A stretch of DNA of 63,823 nt, counting the filler, from Choristocarpus tenellus KU-1152 (Eukaryota > Protista > Phaeophyceae), in the NCBI GenBank assembly GCA_964200185.2. It is 8 parts of 8 records of this genome, joined end to end, with 100 filler letters (N's around TTAATTAATTAA, not from the genome) between each part and the next. Parts side by side here need not be neighbours in the genome. Positions count along the whole stretch, not along the records: positions 1 to 20,479 come from CAXNAD020000392.1; 7 more parts are not named here. One strand, written 5' to 3'. Positions 1 to 15,000 of this stretch are shown one piece after another. The notes beneath the pieces were generated by a model. The model was given only the letters and a program-made list of their open reading frames with translations, was not told the DNA's origin and ran no database searches. Position 1 is the first letter of the stretch; the number at the start of each line of letters is the position of its first letter. A program made the position numbers and the translations under genes.

Positions 1-581
1 CCCCCCCCAACACAAAAAAACAGCACAGAAAAAGAAAAAAGAATTAGAAGAGGGACCACACCACAGGAAAAGCACACACAAGAGGATAAACACAGGATAA
101 AAGTGTAAGATGGAGCAGTGCAGAGCTAAACAAATGCAGGTCAAATCGAATCTGACGTGTTAAACAGAGCAAACATGAAACTTCCATCACAGAACAATAA
201 ATCTCAAGTAAAGGTCAAGGATGGCCACCCTACAGCTGTTGAGACTTGGGTATATAAATTTGTTGCTGATCATGCACCACACCCCGCAGGAAGAGACAAA
301 GCAGAGACAGGACCTTATTCTGTGCTGCTGTTGCTGATACACTAATGAAAGAGGGTACATGCATGCACTCCAGCCAAACAAGACACCAGAGGCAGCGTTT
401 TTCCAGGGCACAACAACATGCCCGTACAGTTTGGCAAGCGGTAAGAGAAGCTGTGTAAACAGCAAAGGTGTACTGAGAGAGGATCATAGCAATAGTTTGC
501 TTCCAATAAAAAATCAGGCACAAGCACAACTACCAACTTGAAAGGTACGCTGGTACCATGTTGACATGTCCTCTGGTATCA

Positions 582-696
582 ACTCGACAAGATGCTCTTG
601 AATCATCTTCAAAAATACTATGCTACCAACTCAACAAGATACTCTTGAATCATCTTCAAAAATACTATGCTACCAACTCAACAAGATGCTCTTGAA
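582..696. repeat. 47-bp tandem repeat, about 2.5 copies
   Basis: The unit actcaacaagatgctcttgaatcatcttcaaaaatactatgctacca repeats directly. Confidence 0.9.
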
Positions 697-825
697 ATAC
701 TAATTCCGCAAGGGTAACTAGGCTATATTCATACACACAAAAAAATATCCCCGTCAGTATAGACACAAAGTAATAAAACCTGAGGAGGCGTTTTGTGCAC
801 GGCAAAACAGCAACCCTCTGCTCAC

Positions 826-3235
826 CCTACAGGCCAATCCGTCCCTGGTGGCCTCTGCCATGGTAGCAATATGCAACCGTGTGGGGTCTGACTTGAGCCC
901 TGCCCCCATAGAGGAGATTACATTCAGCCCTGCATTTAGACAGTGGGCAATTAGTTCTGCCTTTGTCCGGAGGTCATCAATGCAGTCCAGGATGTAGCAC
1001 CCTTCCCCTGCAAACGCACCCTCTAGGAGGGTATTGGCATCTTCCTTGCGGAACATCATGCTACGGGCGTCAATCTCCACGTTAGGGATAATAGATAGAA
1101 GGCGGTCACGTAGCACTGTCGCCTGTAAGGCGTCGAGGAGAATCGCCATGTGGGTGGATTGGAGAGGTGTTGGGAGGGCAGGAGGGGCCGAATGCGCGGT
1201 AGTTCGTCATAGCGAGCGTCAGCGCAGCGATCCACAATAAGGTAAAACTTAGATATTAAAATAATTGGAAAATTATTATGAGTAAGAAGAAAAATGAAAA
1301 GAGCGTTGAGCCAATCCAAGAAGCAGAGAATTTGAATTCATATTGGGGATGATTTTTAAGGGTGTGTAGGGTGGGAAGAGGATTGGTGAGGACTTCTTAC
1401 GTCGTAGTATTAATATCAAACGTAGGAAAGGCACAATAGTAGCCATGTTGAAGATATGGAATGTATTCATTCTGAAGTCTCCCCAATGGCAAATACTGCA
1501 CAACCGAACATATAGCATTCCTTGAGGGGTTAGGGATAGGGTGATCACGGGAGGGTATGGGTGCACCTTTGACAGACAGCACCAGCAGGAAAAGGGTCGA
1601 GAATGAGGGCGGCAAAGAATCTGCAAGAGCCAGAGCAGAAATATCAGTTTTGCATCACAAAATTCAGAGTAAACAATTCCATAATCTAGAGTAGCAGTTA
1701 CATAATCCAGAGTAGCAGTCGAAGAACATGATGAAGGGGAACGTTCACACAGGTCAAATTGTGTGAGAAAGGTTGCAGTCTCAGTTGCACAATTTGTCTT
1801 GACCCAAGGCATAAAAACCTGGTATTGGGCTGAAGTCCATCCTTTGAATGTTATGGTACATATTTCCAGGTTTTATGTACTTTCATCATGTTGTACATGG
1901 TACATCAATACCAAGTATTCCCTTGAAGAAGGCATCATCTCCAGGCATTTTTTGAAAACTGTAACTCATTTTAAATAGGATAGACATTCATGCAATGTAT
2001 CAGGACATGATGGCGTTGTTGTTTTGGTTGCAACTTTGATTTGGGCTAATAGCACGTGCGACTCACTCCCGAAGAAACAACAAATAAGTGCCAACACAAT
2101 CTTCAATGGAATCCGAATGTGGCAAGTATGAAGTAACAGCCCTAACCTCAGGCGAAATGGTCCCAACAATGTTGTTATCGGCGCAAGGACTCCACATATG
2201 GGCATTGAGATTCACGCTCAGTTGTAATGCACTCATGATGTTGAGCTCATCACCTTGGGTAGGCCAACATCCTCCCATGTGGCCACAGCATGTCGATTCA
2301 GCGAGGAGAGGGATACTTGATCGAAGTCAATGAGCCTCAGACGACGAACTCCTGAGCGGGCCTGGTAGGAAGTACAAGTTAAGGTTAATAGATGCTCCGT
2401 GGGGTAGGGGAGAATGTAGAGGGCTTCCTAGTCGGCATTGTGTCTAGACTATAGATATCCGGGTTCGGGACAGCAAGCGCGAGCAATTGGAGCAGCAAGA
2501 AAAAGGCAGCACGCGTTGCAACTGATATGTGGAAAAGGTAAAATACAACGGCCTCGTGTACAACGGCATCGTATTGGATGCCCCCCTCCTTGTGGCAAAA
2601 ACATAGATGGCATCTCACTCAGGCAAGGTACGTGCCTATTGCCCATGTATAAGAGCGGTGGGTACCCCATGCCCTCAGCAACTCACCAGCATGTGGGCAG
2701 CGTGGCTTCCCACCCCCCCCAGCCCCACTATGATCACGAAGGATTGTCTGATGTTGTCGAAACCGCTCTGGAAAAAGAACCTGTTCCTCGAAAAGAGCTC
2801 CTCTTCCAGCTCAGTAGGGATATCCCGTGTCTTAGGGGAATCCTAGGAGACAAGTCGCATGGGAGAATTTCATGGGAAGAGGAGAACCTTGTCCAGAATA
2901 GGGACAGAAGAAGTCTGCATGAACCAAGTAATCTTACATCGATGTAAACAAGAACTTTGTGCGAGTCTGAGATGACGGTCAACCCTCCTCATTCCCGAGT
3001 GTCTAGACAAAGCAAAGCAACACAACCTCAGAACAGATTGTTGACTCACATTCGAGTAGTTCGAAGAATTATGTACAAGTATTTCCCTAGACCGCTTCTC
3101 TGCCGTATCCCTCCTGGTTTGATCCTCCTTGAGTCGAGCCTGGACTACCTGGAATAGAACCACGGAAAATGCCCCAGCAGCAAGGAGTCCCACTCGCTCC
3201 ATCACCTTACCGCTGCCTGCAGACCAGTGCGGCAT
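826..3235 (-). CDS. ThiF/E1-like tRNA threonylcarbamoyladenosine dehydratase (TcdA/Tcd1-2 like); 3' exons not located
   Basis: GT-AG exons 3235-3050, 2842-2687, 2361-2254 and 1122-826 join in phase. They give an N-terminal hydrophobic anchor, VIIVGLGGVGSHAAHML-ARSGVRRLRLIDFDQVSLSSLNRHA, ILDCIDD and VISSMGAGLKSDPTRL, all hallmark TcdA motifs. Confidence 0.9.
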
Positions 3236-3966
3236 GACTCTTCCAAAGCTGCTACCACAATCCTAGCCCAGGCAGCAAATTCAAGCACTCTCTAGTGATT
3301 CGACTTGTAAGGATGAGGAAAGACGAAGCTGTCGTGGATAACCCCACAACAAACCTCAACTAAATAACCGAACCAGTAATAATTTGAACTTCTCCAAATA
3401 CCGAAGATCTTCCTTCCATACTTTCACAACTATCAATTGAACATATTTTAGGGAGTTGAATGATTGACTTGCCATAATAGTCACCCGCTCAACAGCGAGG
3501 ACCATGGTCTGGGGGAAGGTCAACTCTGATGCTGGTGAGAGGAAAGAATTGTCTGTCTCTAGTTTTTTTCTCTAGTTTTTTTCTCCAATAAGACTTAGTC
3601 TAAGTGCTCGTCTAAATTGGAACACGCTTCTTCCATTACCTCCTGTTCTGTTCTTGCACGTCCAACGTGTGCAATGAGCGGGTGGATTCGTTCTCGTCTG
3701 CTGGATATTTTCTGCCTCTCATGTGCCCCGTATATTTTGTGGTCTCCGTATGTTACCATGTTATTTGTGCACCTGAAATTGTCTTAACATGTTTCCTCAA
3801 TTTTCGGGCTAATCTCTGATTCAATCCTTCCAAAAAGGAAACGTAAGAAAAGGTACTATCGCGTCCGAGCAACCCCCCCCTAACATCGATGCCCGGCTTT
3901 TGTTTCTGCTACATAGGCTCACTCCAGCCGGGCTTTAGCCCAGGCCATTCTGAGCAGGGTGGTGGG

Positions 3967-5470
3967 ATGCTACCTGCGAGAATGCTGGTTGTCTCCGCTG
4001 CCGTGATGATAGGCGGCATCTATGCCTTATTTCAGCTACGGATGCTGCCTCCAACAATTGCCCCCTTCGTTTCCAAGATCTACTTCTGGCCCACAATGCC
4101 TTTCACTGTCTTGAAGGCCTGGAATAACTACTGGACAAAGATGGATGGTGCGTTTCCGATTCCAAGGGAGGAGACATCCCCTCAGTCCTCAGCCCTTCCT
4201 TGCCCCCTGTTGGATCTTGATCGCATTTCCAGAACAAAATTTCAGGCCCTTCATTCCCAATCTTTATCTGATGATCTAGAAATCTTTGTTGTGTTACCCG
4301 CGGTAATGCCACAGACACTTTGTACCTTGGATGCGCCCCATTGGGCTTCCTGGGGCATGTGGAAGATCTACACAAGCGTGGGGTCACGGGCGTGATTAAT
4401 ATGTGCAGCGAGTATCGTGGTCCAATCGAGGAGTACAAGCTGTTTGGAATCGAGCAGCTCTGGCTGCCAACAACGGTATGCCCTGTCCCTGACTTAGCTT
4501 CCCTCTACCTGGTACTATATTGTTAAGTTCGAAGTGATCCTTTCCCTGACTCTTTTCTTAAGGGAATAACCTCAAGAGAGCAGCTTCTGGTTGCACCACT
4601 GAGAGACTCATAATAATATTTTTTGGCAACCCTACCAACCCACCCACCCCATCTCTGACCTTGGGACTCCCTAAACCTCATTGCATGTGTCAAGGACCAT
4701 GAAGAACCAGAACTGATTGACATGCAACGCGCTGTGTCATTCATCACCCGGCATGAGAAGGCAGGAAACCAAGTGCTTGTGCATTGCAAGGCTGGGCATG
4801 GAAGGTGGGCTGAACTGAAGTGACGCACACTCTTACCTCTCCATGACCCTTGTACTTCTACCGGAAGCGATCCATAACATGTGGCATCCCCATTACATGG
4901 AGGAACGTGTGTGGTGGTTTGTAGCCGGCCATGGAACATGCTACCTGTAATATGCTTTGTGATGCTTGTTTACTACTCAGTACAGTATATAGCACTGGGG
5001 ACTTGGACTTGAGCTGAACGGAGTCAGCGCTGTCACCTTATGGTCACGCTTGTGTTATAATCTGGCACATTTTTCTACATATTTAGTATGTTGAAAGATC
5101 TTCAGGTCCAGGTGAATGGTATGCTATACCCTGTCTGAAAGGATTGCAGAACAGGCCTCTGGCAATGTAGTGTTGATAATTGCATGCCCAAGACTTTTTC
5201 GCATGACAGATAATATGTACCAGCACTCGCCGAAATATTGAAAGTAGGATAGTATGCCAGAGTACTAGGTTCACAGGGAATTTGAATCCTGGCATGGCAA
5301 GCAGTAGCAAAAGAGGGGTTCAATGCGGTGCTAGCATTCACTTCTGTTCTAGTACTGCATCTTGGTTAACTCATTTGTAACAGCAATTCCTGTCCCATCC
5401 CATATCTAGGAGCGCAGCGATTGCCATGGCTTGGTTACTCACCAAGGACAGGGACACAACACCCCAAAAG
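3967..5470 (+). CDS. PTPMT1-like dual-specificity/phosphatidylglycerophosphate phosphatase; last exon(s) not located
   Basis: Phase-consistent exons 3967-4147, 4315-4475, 4695-4804 and 5410-5470 encode FWPT..., LYLGCAP, GVTGVINMCSEY, LPTTDH and the active-site loop VHCKAGHGRSA (CX5R, PTPMT1-type). Confidence 0.88.
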
Positions 5471-8194
5471 GTGCTTTATACTGTAGATCAGTCATTCAGA
5501 GTATGTAGAAGTGTTGTGGTCAAGTTAAGACAAATGTTGTTTGCCCTTGGTTTTGCTGTTGGTCAAAAGTTAGTGACAGTAAGCTAGAGTGCTGCCATTG
5601 ATCTGACTTGACCTCACGTACAGTACGAGGAAGAGTAGAAGGGATACTGTTTTGGGCGCATGGACTCCCTTCACATGATCATTATTCCCAATGCTCTAGA
5701 ATACTGGTGAAAAGTAGAATTGATAGTCTGATCGACTTACCCACTCATATTGGCTTTTGGGTATGAAGTTTCCTACATTGATTTCTTTTGTTATTTAGCC
5801 TCATATGTTTTAGGCCATTGAAGTCTCGCACATTGAATTTTTGGTGCAACACCCATTGCTCACCTTATCCCCCCTTTCCCATTTTAGGTTTCACCCTGCT
5901 TCCCCCCCTTCCTTCCGAGCTGAAAGTTCTCTATGCTCTGAGCCATTCCTTCTTCCATTACACCTCTTAGAGCACAGTAAAAGAGCATGGTAGCCTCTAG
6001 GTAACCGGTGAATGGTCCATTACTGACAGACCCAATGACACCTTGCCTGCTCTGTCATTTCTTCCAAGAACAACAGCACCAACAACAGTCATCCCTGTTC
6101 CTCAAGTCTAGCATTTTGCCTATTATATTATTCTCCGCTGTGGCAGCCTACCTTACCTCCTTTGCACGCCCTAAGTGCTGACCTTGCATAAACTTACCGA
6201 TGTTTTCGGAAGAATTTAAAATACAGTAGGGCTTCCCAGAATCGTCTGCGGTGTTTGTTCGTGTAGGATTTTCAACTCTTACTGGATTTTCGTTTTCACA
6301 GATGGTCCAATCATAACCCTATGCCCATCCCTGAATGTCTCTTCAATCCATCAAATGAATGAACCAGATGCAAAAGAAGATGCTAGCTGTGAGGGCTGTC
6401 CGGAGGACGCTGTACAGGCAACCACACCTGAGGCTGTACTATAGGTCACTTCACAGTAGCAGTGACGGAGGTGCCAAGGACAAAGACAGAAGGTCTTCCT
6501 ATTAAAATATCTGGGGCTCCAATTTGCACAGTCAATGATAACCCGCAACAAGATTGTGCTACTTGCATCATTTTAGTGCTTGTTGAAGTTGATGAACCAT
6601 TTTTCTCTCAATATTTGGATGCTTGTCAAGGATGTAATATATATATATATATATTGAGAACGTAGTGGCTTTCTTATTTCATACTGGAGTTTGGTTGGCT
6701 TAGTAGTGCACAGCTTGTGGAAACTCTCCAGGAAAAAAGTAAAAAAAGTGCAGCACATAAACGTCTAATTATACCATGAAGAACGCCTTTGGCCAATGCA
6801 CCATAACGTTGACCTCAGCCAATAAGAGATGCATGGATTGTCTTACATGGGTACATCTGTGTATTCCTAAGCTAGCCATGTTGGCTATGTGCAGTGTACA
6901 AATCCTCTTAAAGCATTTTTGAAACAATGGATACTGCAGCACCTCAATGCCCTCTCTAGGTTAAGGTTGGCCCTGCAGATTCAACTTTTGTGGTATGTGA
7001 AAATGTGGAACTTCATCCTAACCCTTTCCATAGACTCTAGATGGGGATGGGGACATGCTTTTGTGTTTTGCCTATATTCAATATTGAGCTGATCAAGCAC
7101 ACAAGGATGAAACACCTCAGAAGGGAGTTGTGAATTCTAGTTATAGTTTTACTTTATGTCTCAAAACTACTGAACCCCACAACCCAAGCATGTTGTGCTG
7201 TAGGCTCCAAACCAACACCCAACAAATCACACATTGATAAACATGGGAAAGAACAAAAGGATTGAGCTGCCTTCTGCACACAAGGCTGCTCGTTGAAAGC
7301 CAACAAAAAGTCGGACTCTTATGACACAAAACAATCAGTCACACACACGATAACAACGGGTTGAATCATATATTCGAATGATTCATTCATTGTATGCCCT
7401 TCCCAAAGGTAGGTGAGGAGGGTGTTGCTAGAGGTTGCATACAATGCACTCAGATGCCTTAAACTCCTACCTTCTGCATGGGTCATTTATGTAGGAAGCA
7501 CTTGGTGCCATTTGATTTGTTAGTTACCACTACAAGTGCACGATCAGGAACCCTGTAACACATATCTGCTGAGAGCTTTCTCATACTTGGGTAAATTGAA
7601 CCCCAACCACAGGCCAGGCAGTTAACACACCAAACCAGAGCAGGAAAATCCCTCCAACCTATTTGAACCTTGAAACATTCATGAAAGGAAGAAAAGCCTC
7701 CAATATTTATGCCCCCAACAAAAATTACAGAAACAGAAGTCTAATGGATATCATGTGGCAGCAATATTATTGGCAACCTTTTTGTAACCCTATAAAGCAC
7801 ACTGCTGATGTCTACATCTTGTACTACAGCTGGACCCCCTTATGTCCACAAAGGGTAGCCACAGAACCCACCACACACACTGAATGGGGGCTGAACAATC
7901 GGGTGAACATCATATACAATTTCCATCCCCTGCCCCACATAACACATCCAACACAAGCTATGGCAGTACAATGTTGAGCTATTGAACACAATTTATAGCA
8001 AGGACAACCTCTACAACAAAACCTCCAATACACAAGAGGCACTAACATGAACACCTCACCTGGGTTGAAAAAACCTTGCAAGGAGGCTCTCCCCCACTAC
8101 CCTTACCTAACAGTCTCAGGCAGACCATATGCTCCCGAAGAACTCCCCTCCCCCAAATAATCCCTACAAATTTTCCTGATACCCTCAACAGGTC

Positions 8195-11107
8195 CTAATC
8201 CAGCTTTTTGCCCAACAGCAACCCCTCCCCTCCCCCCATACCCCACGGTTCCCCAGGAGTCAGTCCATTGGGTGGGGTGGTAGGCAATAATATGTTGAGG
8301 GTTTTCTCATAGACTGGGAACACACAGGCATTCACAACAAATGCACGAGACAATGCTACCCCCAGACCCCGGAACATGAAGCGAGCTCCATGAGATACAA
8401 AAGTTTGTCGAAGGCAACCCCACACATGACGTTGGTGTGGTGGGGCATCCAGGGGAAGTGTTTGTATGACTGATTTAGCATAATCCACAGGAAACCTAAG
8501 TGAGGGTTAGTAAGGGTTGGGATGACCAGAAGGTAGGGTATACCTACAATCGACAATACACGGTAACATGAATGTCCTGTCCTCTCCTTTAATGAAAAGA
8601 ACAAAAGATCACGCTGTAACAAATAGATGAACAAGCACTCTGCAGAAATAGCAATGATAACAAAGCCCTTGCCTGGTGCTAGGCCCATCAGGATGGGTAA
8701 TGAATGAACAACACTGCTTGGCCCAATAAAATCTAATGGTGGCAAAAAATGGGCACCCTAGCAGCAGGTAGGCAGCCTAGCAGCAGGTAGGCAGGTTTGG
8801 TATCAAGGAAATAAGTGGAGGGCCACAACTAGTGCTATTAAAAAGGCTGCACTTGAGTGGGCGGCACAGAATGATCGGGCAAAAAAATATATTGATGGTG
8901 TGTGTCAAATCATTGTATCATTAGTGCTCAATTTTCATAATGTCATACAACTCCGCCCACCAAGGATATCTTATTGCATGGAAATCGGGGATTTTCAGAT
9001 TAGTGAGGCTGCCCTATTGTAAGCACTGGGGACAACCTCAAAATATATGCTTCAATGGCTGAATAGTAGTGGAAATGCGGTGAGCGTTGTGCTGAAATAT
9101 CACAAGACAGAACTACTCACGTGACTGCCCAGCTCAATGCCCCAGAGACCCCGCCTGCTAGAGCAGAGGCCTTGGTAGGAGGCATTCCTAATCTTTCCAC
9201 ACATGTTTCCTTTCCCACCTCATAAAACCCAAAGTATATTCCAAACGCTGGTACCTGGGTAGAGAAGTGTGAACAGTGAGCCAGGTCATGGAGGATGCAA
9301 TCGCAGAGGGTGGGTTGGGGAGAGTACCTAAGGATTGAATAGTCAACTTTCACTATCATTCTTGCAGGAATACCGTCAAAATGAAAGGGAAACCAACCTA
9401 CTATGCTTTACCCATAGGTGCTTTGCAAGGAAGTAAAGCATGCCAATGCGGGGGGCATGGTGGTTGTAGATTTTGAGCTGAAATGATGTTTGGTCCTGTT
9501 CGAGGCCACTGGGAGAAGAGGCAAGTGAATGTGTTACTCTTCGAATAGTGCAGATTTACACATTTTGAAAGCAGAAAAGTACAATGCATTATCAGCTAAA
9601 GTTTTACTCCACCATCAACTGTTTCCTGTACAGTGCACCATACAGGCATCCCAACTTTCCACATAAGCTCAAAAAGGAATAGATCTTGGCTGTAAACCTT
9701 TCCTCAATACTATTTTCTTATATGATTATTTTCTTTATATCCAGTCATAGAACCCACCTCACGGAGGACAGTGGCGGTTACACCTTGATACAATCCCATC
9801 ACCCCCTGCGCTGCAACCACTTTACGGGCGCAATCCATTGGTCCCCTGTAACGTTCCCTTTCCCTTGCACCACCCACTCGCAATGTTGAGTCTGCCTTCC
9901 TGTGTTGTTGAACCTGTAACTTGCACTTAACAAGTTCTGCTGGAGAAACTACAATAGTCTGAATGGCACCTGCAATACAACCGGACATGAACTGGCTCCC
10001 AGACAAGAGCAAACAATTGGGGGAGGGTGGGAAGGTCGAACGGTAGGGGGGGGAGGGAGCACAATGAAACATGTTAAGGAAGACTTGCGTGAGTGGATGA
10101 GGGGAGTGATCATCTGTTGCTTCCAAGCCCACTGAAAGATAGCCACCAATCCATCTTTTACAGAACTCCGACCTTCAAAAGGAAGAGGATCAGCTCTCAT
10201 GAGAATGTCGAGATGTGGAAAATCGTGACATTGGTAAAGCCTCTTAAGACGACAAAGCGATAGTCTCTGCTGTCAGGAAATGCGTCTTCGACACGTCATA
10301 GCTTGCGGATCCTTAACATCTCTTGTTCCCACGCAACACATGGGCGACTCATGAAGATGTGCAATTCGTATCAAGTTTTCTCTTTGTGCAACAGCTCGTG
10401 GGCCTCTTTGTTTCTTTGCCGTATGAGAATTGTGAGAAACCCTCTCGATCGTGTCACTGTACTTGAAATCACCTGCTTGGCGAGGGTGATACTACCGGGG
10501 TCGCCTTCTCTTGTCACCAGACGCACTATGGAAGCATATGATGTGAAGGCGATGGCGTTGGCGAGCGATGTTGTGAGGAGCGGTGGGGCCACCCCCTTGA
10601 ACAGGGCAAGAGGTCCTTCATGGCGAACGGTCTGCGATAAGCAGTCCAAGGATCCCTTGTAGGCATTCCGTCCGGTCTGCACTCTCACCTTGACGGTGTC
10701 AAAAGGCTGACTCGAGAAGCAGTAGAATACATAGGGTCGACCAGCCTTGTATGATGATGCGTCTCGATAAAGTTCACAACACTAACGTGTCACACGGGCT
10801 CTTCGCTGTCTTCCCAACCTACTACTAGTTTGGTTCACACTTGCACTAAGCCAATATGACATTTGTGGGACCAGGACATCATCAGAAGTAAGCCTATGAT
10901 AAATATTGTTTGAGACCTCTTTGTGGAGAGAGAAGAGATTAATACGTCCACATATTCCACTCTAATCATCATACTATATAGAGCAGGATCAAACTATCAT
11001 ACCATTTTTTCCGACAAAATACTAAACAGGCATACAAACCCACAAACCTGGCCAATCACAACACTGCAACAGCCACTAATCGACCCCGCAATGAAGTCTG
11101 CATCCAT
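8195..11107 (-). CDS. Mitochondrial carrier (SLC25), carnitine/ornithine/basic amino acid carrier-like, 320 aa
   Basis: Exons 11107-11048, 10706-10473, 9991-9758, 9254-9121 and 8495-8195 total 963 nt in frame. Three carrier signatures are present (PFDTVKVR, PAELVKCK, PVDYAKSV) plus LREVPAFGIYF and RAFVVNA. Confidence 0.93.
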
Positions 11108-12000
11108 ACGTTGACGGAAGAATAGCCTCGAGCGGCTGCTCACTTTCCCCTTCCAGTACTGTTTGGGGGGATGATCTAGGGAGTCAGTTCTCGTTTAACC
11201 AGTTTAAAGGTTTGAACTTGGAATGTTGATGAGACGTTACTTGGTAGCCCTAACCTTAATGTTGTTAGCGACACCTCCATATATATCAACATCCTGAAAA
11301 GTTCTTTTTTTTCCAAAGTGATTAGGTATAGATTTTGATCAATGGAGTACTATAATTCTTCTCCAAGGGATGGGCCAAAGTGCGTGGGGTACTGTTCTGC
11401 CTCTGTCACTAACAGATGACCCGAGACCCCGTCTCGTAGTTCTTGCAATAGGCTTGGGGTTAGGATTGTGGTGGTGCCGACAGGATCAGGGGTCCAATAC
11501 CTCGCCGCCATATCCTACATCCAGGTCGTCAGTTAGATGGTCGCAAAACCCGAGAACATGTATGCGACGGTGAGTGATGGCGATGTTGAGATTTTTTTCG
11601 TGTATGGGTGAGGATATGCATCTCTGGGGATGTTTGGAATCCTCCCAACGTCGCAGATTTTGCTTACGGTGTGGGGAAAATGAGTATCAGTTCAAATTTC
11701 AAGACTGTGAGACCTCAAGTGGGTAGTAGCTTCAAGTCTCATATTCCCTGGTCTATGATCTTGTATAAACGTCCTGGGATAAATTTTTGATGTCTCATCC
11801 CTGCTGTAGTGGTCTTGTGTCTTCATGATCTCTATTCCTTCACGAAAATAATCTTTCTTGGCTCCTGATGCTAAAATCTGTGACTCTTAACCTGCCAATT
11901 ATGTTGTTAGTTATCATGACTGTTGTTAGTTATCATGACTGTGCACATCATGCTCAATCCGAAGCCCCCCACCTGCAATCTTGACACCGTGCATGTCTAA

Positions 12001-15000
12001 ATGGATACCATGGTTTTTGTGTTAAGATCGCGAAGGGGGAATCCCCAGTTCTCCAGGGATGGGCGACGCCGACTGCCCCAGGTGACTGCCAGGTGTGGAA
12101 AGGAGAAGAACGGTGTGTCCAGTGCTAGCGAGGACCACTACACACCTAGCCGGGAGCCTTACCCCTCGCAGGCTGCGCTAGGATCGCATGATGTCCTCGT
12201 GACTGTCTTCTCCTTTCTCGAGAGGTGATCGAATGGATCTGTCAGCTGTTTTCAGATTTGGAATGCACTTGAGCCTGATGGTTATGTTGCTCGTTCTGTG
12301 ACCAATATCTTGTTGTAGAAGGATCCACTTCGGGAACATCAACTCAAAAACAATTTATGGGCATCAACCCTAAATGAACTTCATACAACTGCAATGTTGA
12401 AGTTGACGTTTCTTTGTACAACCGTAGACGTGTAATTCGAGGATCCTCTCGTTAACTTTTCGGTGTTTCTTTCTTGCCCTATGCTGGCGTAGTAGCCGTT
12501 ACTGTTAAGCTTTGTGTTTTGATGGATTGATGAGACCTTGATTACTTACAGCCCTCTGGTTCCTTGTTGAGGGACTAGGGCTGAGAATCCCAAAAGTAGT
12601 GCAAATGCCTCATTGTTGGCTTGAAGGATTTAAGAATGGTTAAGAAAATTGATGTGGACCTTTCCATTTTCTGTCTGGAAATCAGAACTTGGTGTTGAAT
12701 ATCACCACATGAGATCTAATGTTTGTCCCTAGAGCACAGCTATATCGGTGGCCCCATCATGCTTTAGGTGTAGAATCCCATGAAATTCATAAATATTATT
12801 TGTTTTTGTAACTGTTTCAGCAACAGAACAACTCAGTGAACTGCTTTGTTTGCTATACATAGTGTAAGGCAGAAGGAAAACCCCTCTAAAAATTGTAGAC
12901 TCAACCCCAATAAAATACAGGTGGTACCTACTGATGCTTAAGCAACTAGAGTAAGAGATCAATTACTTCATATAAAATATTAATGTATACTTCAAGCATG
13001 GATTAGTGGACAAAGAGATATTGCTGGGATTCCCTGAATTTCCTTCTCACTGCACCGTTGTAGAGAACTGGCCTCACCCTATGCTACCAACTATTCTACC
13101 TGAGATAGTAGTATTGTTGTCACTAGACATGAAGCAGTGGATATTTGAAACTGTCGTCACACTGCTCCCCTCTTCCCTTTTTGATGATATCAAGTGTATG
13201 TGTATGTTTGTGTACTTTGTATTGCATGTATTAATCCTATTGCTTCTGCCTGTACATTATTGTAGAGGCAGTGCAGCTCACCATCGTGTGATTTAGAATG
13301 CGATAGCAACACTACCTATCCATGGCGATTTGGAGGGGAGCCCCTATAGTTGGAAGTGCAGAAAGCACGTGCAAGTATCGCGAGAAGCACTCAATCTGCA
13401 TGACTAGAGAGGTCTGTTTCGCTTCTCAAGGATGCCTCAACACCTCTCCACTCTTGAGACTCAAGTCAAAGCTGAGTGCCCTGATCCAATCACCAGCACT
13501 GCAACAATATTTAGTAGTAGTGTTGTTGTCTAGGCATGATGTATTTGGATTAGGGTTAGGGTTGATTTGGTTGATCCGCCAAGGAACTATGCATTGAATT
13601 ATTCTGGTGACATCCACGCTTGATGTATTTTATGTTCATTAGATGGTAATGATTGCACCAGTGTTTCAACAGCTCTGAATTGGCTAGAGGTGCTCTTTTT
13701 CTCCTGCTTGGTAAGAGTGTTGAGGTCCTGAATCCGAATGACTCCTATGTAGTGATAGCACGCAGTTTTTTTTTAAGGAATGTCGTTGGGAGGGAAGTTT
13801 GTGACAACCTTTTTGGCCCAACCAATGTATCCTAGGAGCCGTTGTCCAGACTGGGCAAATTGGAAGTGGAAAGAGGTAGTGGAGTATGCTCTCTTGAGTT
13901 TGGTTTGTGACATAATTTATTTGCAAGAAAGACATATTGTCTATGATTGGCTCAGCCCAGGCTGAAGTTCATTGTTGGGCTCAAAGTATCTGGGGGGAGG
14001 GTCTACATGAGGGTGTCCATTTGGGGCAAAACCAGGAAGAGTGCACTTACGTTATCCATCCAACGCATATAACCAAATCACACAAAAATCACAACATGTA
14101 AAAATGGGCCCAGAATGGACAGCCGCCACACACACACACAGATACTTTGAGCCTTGGAATACAAAGAGTCTTCAGGCTGTTGTTGCAGGGTTTTTTCTTT
14201 CACTGATTGATTCTGTCCCTACGTGTTTGGCTGTGGGATGACTCTGATCTGTGTGTGGTCCATGATCTTGGCACTAAATGAAGGAGAGGTGTACTAGCCT
14301 GCAGTTCTGTGTCTGTTGCTTGGAACCTGGCTGGCGTTGATGACACGTTGTGGTGAGAATTGTGTGTGTGAGTGTGTGTTGGAACAATGTCTGATTGAGA
14401 GGGAAGTGGTGTATTGCACCATTGTCAAGTGCGAAATCACTTGGTAAGAATTTTCAAAAAAAATTGTACTGCGCCTTTCATTAAATGACTACTGTGTGTA
14501 TGGTTGTCTTTTTTTTCATTTTTTATTGTTCTTTTAAATATCATCATTTGTAAGAGTGTGTATGTGGCATGTAATGGCATCCTGTCTGTAACATTCCTGA
14601 AATTGCTTGGAAGCAAGTTTTCTGTAAAACAGAAGTATGGTTACATTGAAGGCATTGATTCACTAAAAAAAAAAATCGGCCATGCAATATCGCTGATAGG
14701 GCATCTGGACTCTTGTTGTGCAGGGAGTCAGTGGGTTAGTGCAGCGTTTTGCATTCAACCTTTTCAAGCACAGGTTGGAAACGGTGTCCTTGCACTTTTC
14801 TTTTTAGATTGGAATTTGTCCATACGCCCACTCTTCTCATCCAAAGGTGTAGTAGAATGTACATAGAGACTCTTCCAAAGATAAGGGGATTGTATACATG
14901 ACACCCCTGCCATATCAAGGGCACATCCCCCCTTCCCGGGTTGCCTGATCAGAAGCAATTTCCACAATGCGTGTCTGCACATTATGCAGTGGCAAGCATG

